The notes under the pieces were generated by a model. That model saw nothing but the letters and a program-made list of their open reading frames with translations. It made no database searches and was not told where the DNA came from. The translations under genes were made by a program, and so were the position numbers. Shown piece after piece: positions 8,216-13,636 of a stretch of 13,636 bases of DNA. Numbering within the stretch: position 1 is the stretch's first letter; each line of letters begins with the position of its first letter. Origin of the DNA: Octopus sinensis (Eukaryota); NCBI RefSeq assembly GCF_006345805.1, contig NW_021826020.1:1-13636 (forward strand). Reading direction: 5' to 3'.

Positions 8216-8773
8216 AATTCCCTGATGCAGTACCAGGATTTTGGCTCTCGTGGCTTCTGATCTTAACTGATTGGAAGTGTTATCATGTACATTGTTTTGT
8301 CTTGGTATAAAAGATGGGCTACAGCAAATATTCTGCTCAATACCACAGATTTGCTTGTCAGTTGTTTGACCTTAACCAGTTGACCATGTCCCTTAGTGGC
8401 TGACGATATGTGCATCTTTGATCACGAGCAGAAGTAGTGGGGGAGCATAATAGCCATGTATCGAGAGGGATTATTTGGGGTTTGAATAATTCACCTCTGT
8501 AAAGTTCGGTGGTTCGTTCAACATCCTTATACAACCCTTATTCAGGGACCTTTTGAGCAGGATAGGTTACTCGACCAGAAGAAAATTCTAACTGGGCCCC
8601 ACCTGCAAGGTCGTGTGCTATTTATCTTGATATGAGATCACCATGTCGCGCACATATGGTTGTGATGCATGTGCCTAGCGTACCCTTATCAGACGGGTAG
8701 TCACGATGGGTATACTGGGCTTCGTATATTTTATCCCAGTATCACTTTGATGGCGTACACCGATCTCTCAGTC
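8216..8773. mobile_element. ~560-bp non-coding interspersed repeat bounded by (AAT)n on both sides; orientation unresolved
   Basis: Complex, higher-GC sequence with sharp boundaries against (AAT)n at both ends. It has no Pol III boxes, no terminal inverted repeats and no ORF. I recall it as an abundant octopus repeat, but this is not verified. Confidence 0.65.
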
Positions 8774-9041
8774 AATAATAATAAATAATAATAATAATAA
8801 TAAATTATAATAATAATAATAATAACAATAATAATAATAGTAATAATAATAATAGTAATAATAATAATAATAATAATAATATATATATATATATATATGC
8901 ATCAGCATATATGTAAGCAAGTATGTATGTATGTATCTATTATCTATCTATCAATATATATATATATATACATATATTTATATACATATATATATGTATA
9001 TACATACATATGCATATATATATATATATATACATATATAT
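8774..9041. repeat. (AAT)n (8774-8880) followed by (TA)/(TACA) microsatellite
   Basis: Read directly. Confidence 0.96.
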
Positions 9042-9166
9042 ACGTCACATAAAGCTACAAATTATAGTAGTTTAATACTTAGTAGGAAGAGCTTTACATT
9101 TTATATATCCAAAAGAGTATTTCAGCCCAATATAAGTAGAGTGCTATCTGTAGTTTTATGAGATGT
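9042..9166. repeat. Degraded short inverted-repeat element (MITE-like)
   Basis: ACGTCACATAAAGCTACAAAT (9042-9062) matches the reverse complement of the right end (ACATCTCATAAAACTACAGAT) at 17 of 21 positions. A further ATAG..TACTTA match lies inward. Confidence 0.5.
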
Positions 9167-9210
9167 GCTTCGAGAAAAAATGTTCCGAAAAAGAATCATA
9201 TATATATATA

Positions 9211-9416
9211 TTCTTTTACTTGTATCAGTAATTTGAGTGCGGCCGTACTGAAGCACCCCCTTTAGTCGAGCAAATCGACCCAAGGATTTATTCTTTGTAA
9301 GCCTTGTACTTATTCTATCGGTCACTTTTGCCGAACCGCTACGTTACGGGGACGTAAACACACCAACAACGGTTGTCAAGCGATGGTGGGCACAGACACA
9401 GACACACAAACACAAG

Positions 9417-9448
<32 letters not shown>

Positions 9449-9592
9449 TATATACGACGGGCTTCTTTCAGTTTCCATTCACCAAATCCACTCACAATGC
9501 TTTGTTCGGCCCGAGGCTATAGTAGAAGACCGTCGCCCAAGGTGCCACGCAGAGTAGGACTGAACCCGAAAAACCAGTGTGTGGTTGTTAGC

Positions 9593-9593
<1 letters not shown>
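9211..9593 (-). mobile_element. tRNA-derived SINE (family 3, CORE-like body, internal CA repeat), 5' end clipped
   Basis: Plus strand GCCCAAGGTGCCACGCAGAGTAGGACTGAACCCG is the reverse complement of a B-box-like element followed by a MIR/CORE-like segment. There is an internal (CA)n at ~9395-9450 and a tail ending ..AAGTAAAAGAA. Confidence 0.85.
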
Positions 9594-9633
<40 letters not shown>

Positions 9634-9650
9634 ATATATTGCATATACAA
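9594..9650. repeat. (TA)n microsatellite
   Basis: Read directly. Confidence 0.95.
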
Positions 9651-9780
9651 GAAGTATGATATAAAACCTAATTATCTTTTGTCGCGGGTTCGATCCGAGC
9701 ATTTATATATATATATATAATCTCGGAAGAAAGATCAAGAATATTATACACACATATATATATATATATGCACATATCTA

Positions 9781-9938
9781 TACACCCGGATATGTCTCCC
9801 TACACCCGGATATGTCTCCCTACACCCGGATATGTCTCCCTACACCCGGATATGTCTCCCTACACCTGGATATGTCTCCCTACACCCGGATATGTCTCCC
9901 TACACCCGGATATGTCCCCCTACACCCGGATATGTCTC
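9781..9938. repeat. 20-bp minisatellite (TACACCCGGATATGTCTCCC) x7.9
   Basis: Seven full units plus 18 nt, with only two substitutions (unit 5 C>T, unit 7 T>C). Confidence 0.98.
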
Positions 9939-10061
9939 TGTAAACAATAACTCTCTACTTCAGTGGGCCATAGTGCCCAAATTCTGACTTGAAAGACTTC
10001 ACCAGGTGGTGCTATTAAGTTAGACATGGCCTGGGCCAATAATGGCCGAAACCTATCAAAG

Positions 10062-10208
10062 TACACACATAAATATACATACATATATATGAATGTGTAT
10101 ATATATATATATACATGCATAAATACATACATAGACATACATACATACATATGAATGTATATATATATTTGTGCGTATATATATATATATATACATACAT
10201 AAATACAT

Positions 10209-10239
<31 letters not shown>

Positions 10240-10260
10240 TATGTATATGTATATACATAC
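10062..10260. repeat. Compound (TA)/(TACA)/(CA) microsatellite
   Basis: Read directly. Confidence 0.95.
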
Positions 10261-10505
10261 AGCACGCACGATTATGTAGGAACGTAACATCGTATTCTTC
10301 TCTTATATGAGTACAACAGAGAATATAGGAAAAAGTTGCTTTTTTTTCCTTATTGTTCCCAGGTAATTTTTCTACCAAACACACACCTGATGTGAATCAG
10401 TGAATCAATGGCGGAGCAGAAAGATTAAAATGAACACCGATGCCCCTACCCCCTTACTTCCACAGCACCACTTGCATTACCAAACCAAACCAACACATAC
10501 TTATA

Positions 10506-10511
<6 letters not shown>

Positions 10512-10551
<40 letters not shown>

Positions 10552-10565
10552 TAATTATATATATA

Positions 10566-10611
<46 letters not shown>

Positions 10612-10689
10612 CACATATATATGAATATATACATATTAATAATACATATATATATATACATATATATATATACATATATATATACATAG

Positions 10690-10727
<38 letters not shown>

Positions 10728-10957
10728 CATATATATATATATAAATACACGTATATATAAATACATATATCTATATATAAATATACATATATATATAGAT
10801 AAATATAGATATATATAATATATATATATATAAATATACATATATATATATATATATATATAAATATAACACATATTATATATAATATATATATAAATAT
10901 ACATATACATATACTATACATATATATAGATATATATATATATATATATATAGATAT
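10512..10957. repeat. Long imperfect (TA)n array (~450 bp)
   Basis: Read directly. It accounts for all the poly-YI ORFs at 10400-10921. Confidence 0.97.
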
Positions 10958-11007
10958 GTGGAGGTTTTCTTTTGGTACATATGCATGTATATATATGTAT
11001 GTATAAA

Positions 11008-11072
11008 CACCACGACCACCACTATCAACAACAACAACAGTAGCAGTAGTAGCAGCAGTAGCAGCAACAATA
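11008..11072. repeat. (CAC)/(CAA)/(CAG/TAG) trinucleotide array
   Basis: Read directly. Confidence 0.9.
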
Positions 11073-11879
11073 ATTGCTAGAACGGCAGTAATAGTAAGTT
11101 GAAGAATATTAATAAATAATTAGAGCTCGCGTGGCTGGAAGTGGCGCCTTCTTATTTTCTGTTGTTGAAGATAATGTCAAAGAGAGATGAATATCGACGA
11201 TTCCCTTCGTTTCTACGATAGTGGTTCCTTATTATTACACAGATTACAGTTTGATTTACCGTTTCTCTTTCATCTCATTTGCATGAGACACCCCCTCCCT
11301 TTGATCGCATTCTTCAATTCTGTCTCACTCTCTCTTTCTCTTTCTCTCTCTCTCACAACCATGCATACGTACATACATTACAAGTGTGTACGTATATAGA
11401 TATATATATTCTATATATATATATATATATATATCTACACAAACTTGTGTATACTGATTTTCGTCCATACATATCTCTAAAGGATATTATCATTGATAAA
11501 ATTAGGAAATGTACGTTGTTTTTTTTTAGCAATCATTTGTACGATATTTACTCTGCATCTAGTTGCAGACACTCCCTTCTCTCTCTCAACGTCGGGAATT
11601 AAATCTGCAACAAAGGGTTGGAAAGGAAAATACGATCCTGAACTGAACAATCAAGTTTTCAAGTTTTCTTACTCTTTATTGCATGGCATTTATTCAATGT
11701 CGAGATAAAATGTTGCTTGTATGGTTGTCTGGTGAATTCCTTTATTGACGCATTCCATCGTATAGAGAGAAAGGGGAAGCGCGTTTGAGAGCAGAGGCTT
11801 AACATAACTATATGAGCACGTTCTAGGCTTAGTGGAAGGCAAAGAGTTAGAGAACGTTACACGTGCATATAGAGATTGA

Positions 11880-11919
11880 AAGAGACAGAGGGAGAGAGAG
11901 AAGGGGTGTAAGTGAGAGT

Positions 11920-11961
<42 letters not shown>

Positions 11962-11970
11962 GATGATGAC
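11880..11970. repeat. (GA)n followed by (GAT)n microsatellite
   Basis: Read directly. Confidence 0.95.
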
Positions 11971-12076
11971 TGGTTATAAGAGTTCATATCTTGCAGAGGG
12001 TGATTTTTGATGGAGTTCATTGGAGTAGATTGCCACCAAGACTTATATGTACATTCCTTCAGTACCTCTTCTATTA

Positions 12077-12097
12077 ACACACACACACACACACACA

Positions 12098-12139
<42 letters not shown>

Positions 12140-12170
12140 CTCATTTACTCTCTCTCTCTCTTTCTCTCTT
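12077..12170. repeat. (CA)n(TC)n microsatellite
   Basis: Read directly. Confidence 0.95.
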
Positions 12171-12341
12171 TATATGACAGAGTAATGCTTGACTGACGAA
12201 ATCAGCCAACAACATTTATATATTACAGTTCTACGTTTAAGAGATGAGGAATTATTTACATTATTTACATTATGTTTATAACCTTTTTTTACTCATTGAC
12301 TGCCACCACGTCTAGTATGTGCACATATTCTACGCCTCTGA

Positions 12342-12397
12342 TGCTAACTCTCTCCCTTCATCTTTCTCTTATCCTCTCTTCCCCTCTCTTTTCACAG
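12342..12397 (+). promoter_or_regulatory. Candidate 3' splice site (branch point, polypyrimidine tract, CAG)
   Basis: TGCTAAC (12342-12348), then ~47 nt of near-pure pyrimidines with no AG, then CAG (AG at 12396-12397). Confidence 0.35.
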
Positions 12398-12597
12398 TGT
12401 AAAGCCGGATTAAATAAACCAATCAACGAACCGGCATTGTCTATCAGCTAATATTATATAGAAATATAATAATGGAGTCTAATTTTTCCAGAGAAATTTT
12501 TCTTCGTCATTTTCTTTCTTTTTGAGATTTTATTTCTATTCTTCAGTACCAATAATACCGTACTACATCATTCCAGACCTCCTTATAACAATGTGAA

Positions 12598-12900
12598 GGC
12601 ACATGGTCTAATGGTTAGAGCAGCGGACTCGCGGTCGGGGGATCGCGGGTTCGAATCTCAGATCGGCCGATGCGTGTGTTTATGAGCGAAACACCTAAGC
12701 TCCACGTTTCTCGGGCAGAAGGTAATGGCTAACTTCTGCTGACTCTTTCGCCACAACTTTCTCTCACTCTTTCCTCCTGCATCTTGCAGCTCACCTGCGA
12801 CGGACCGGCGTCCCATCCAGGTGGGGAACCTATACGCCAAGGAAACCGGGAAACCGGCCCTGATGAGCCAGGCATGGCTCGAGAAGGAACAAACAACAAC
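12598..12900 (+). mobile_element. tRNA-derived SINE (family 4), full length with (CAA)n tail
   Basis: A-box TGGTCTAATGG (12604-12614), B-box GGTTCGAATCT (12648-12658), body GTGTTTATGAGCGAAACACCTAAG, 3' end GGCTCGAGAAGGAAC followed by AAACAACAAC. Confidence 0.85.
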
Positions 12901-12904
12901 CCTC

Positions 12905-13020
12905 ATAACCACGACACCACCATCATCATCATCGTCATCATCTTTATCATCAACTTCATTATCAACATCATTATCATCATCATCATCACCACCATCATCA
13001 TAATCATTATCATCGTGATC
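12905..13020. repeat. (CAT)n-rich trinucleotide array
   Basis: Read directly. Confidence 0.93.
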
Positions 13021-13054
13021 AATATAACCTATTTTACTACTTTTTACTCTTCGG

Positions 13055-13247
13055 CGCACACTGAAGCACACACACACACACACAACACACACACACACAC
13101 ACACGCACACACACACACATACACGCACACACACACACGCTAATATACGCACACGTTCTCTCAGACTCGCTCTCACATATCCACAGAAACACACATACGC
13201 ATACGGATTTACACACACTCACACTAACACGTTCACACACACACATC
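13055..13247. repeat. (CA)n-rich microsatellite region
   Basis: Read directly. Confidence 0.93.
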
Positions 13248-13593
13248 TACCCATCGACACAATAACCTCTGCCAACGCCGGTGACACAGGCAGAGCCCCC
13301 CCCCCAATGTTTATAAACGAGATGGACAACAGAGGGCAGCACTGTCTGATTAATAGAAATGAAATGATAAACAAACAAACGGCCGCCCCAAACAAAACAT
13401 ATCTCTCTTCCCCCCTCTCCCCCTTTCACACATTCACCACACACGACTAATAAAGGCAGTGGCGGCGGATGGGGGCGAATGGGGGCCGAAGGGACAAAGT
13501 ATGGACGTGGTGAGCAGACGTAATAGAAATAACAGTCAAATCACCCCTAAATCACACTCTGTCATCTTCAGACAATAGAAGGGCAAATTAGAT

Positions 13594-13636
13594 CACTGGT
13601 TCTCAACCGGGCTTCACGTGTCCCCCCGAAGGAGTC
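13594..13636 (+). mobile_element. Left end of a hAT (Charlie-like) DNA transposon or MITE, cut by the window edge
   Basis: CACTGGTTCTCAACC differs by one base from the Charlie-type terminus CAGTGGTTCTCAACC. The preceding 8-mer AATTAGAT carries the central TAGA of the Charlie NTCTAGAN target preference. Confidence 0.55.

Noticed and set aside
8270-8390. Faint resemblance of plus-strand translations to a LINE C-terminus (ATANILL)
   Set aside because: Too weak, and not collinear with other motifs.
9682-9696. Isolated B-box-like TCGCGGGTTCGATCC
   Set aside because: It shares 12 nt with the SINE head at 12643, but there is no A-box or body. It is too short to call.
9781-9938. CRISPR-like array
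   Set aside because: The units are head-to-tail with no spacers, and the context is eukaryotic.
11277-11284. POU octamer ATTTGCAT (a second copy lies near 4278)
   Set aside because: About one hit is expected by chance at this length and base composition, and there is no promoter context.
12598-12670. tRNA gene
   Set aside because: It has A and B boxes but no complete cloverleaf or terminator, and it continues into a SINE body and tail.
12842-12885. CTGATGA followed by a GCCA-GGCA-TGGC hairpin, with upstream GAAACCGG, in the SINE tail
   Set aside because: There is no GAAA after stem II and no UH triplet or stem I in any permutation, so it is not a hammerhead.
13267-13295. 7-bp hairpin CTCTGCC/GGCAGAG
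   Set aside because: A single short stem with no supporting context.
225-13444. Most ORFs in the six-frame track (poly-YI, HT, CV, I, L, D, S)
   Set aside because: They are translations of microsatellites or antisense frames of the LINE and SINEs, with no domain motifs or exon structure.
8400-13571. Other CTGANGA matches (8400 +, 12193 +, 12540 -, 13565 -)
   Set aside because: None has a stem II followed by GAAA. Such 7-mers are expected by chance.

Overview
A eukaryotic, AT-rich, microsatellite-saturated intergenic or intronic window with no recognisable host protein-coding exon. The repeat families look like those I recall from Octopus genomes (inference, not verified by a search). It contains: five or six tRNA-derived SINE copies from at least four families; a decayed Tx1/L1-like LINE (about 1220-2660, +); a Penelope-like (PLE) RT fragment (3478-3960, -); a 5'-truncated R4/Dong-like LINE with RT, CCHC knuckle and restriction-like endonuclease (5872-7932, +) sitting inside an (AAT)n array; a 560-bp element bounded by (AAT)n; a 20-bp minisatellite; and a hAT-like end at the right edge. 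The most notable structure is a ~550-bp fold-back element (4629-5176). Its two ~98%-identical inverted arms each contain a complete type I hammerhead ribozyme motif, one per strand, both predicted to cleave near the outer ends. A second, variant hammerhead (U3-A8 core) lies at 4180-4221 upstream of the PLE fragment, and a broken hammerhead-like remnant lies at about 10030-10052. Nearly all ORFs in the supplied track are low-complexity translations of microsatellites.
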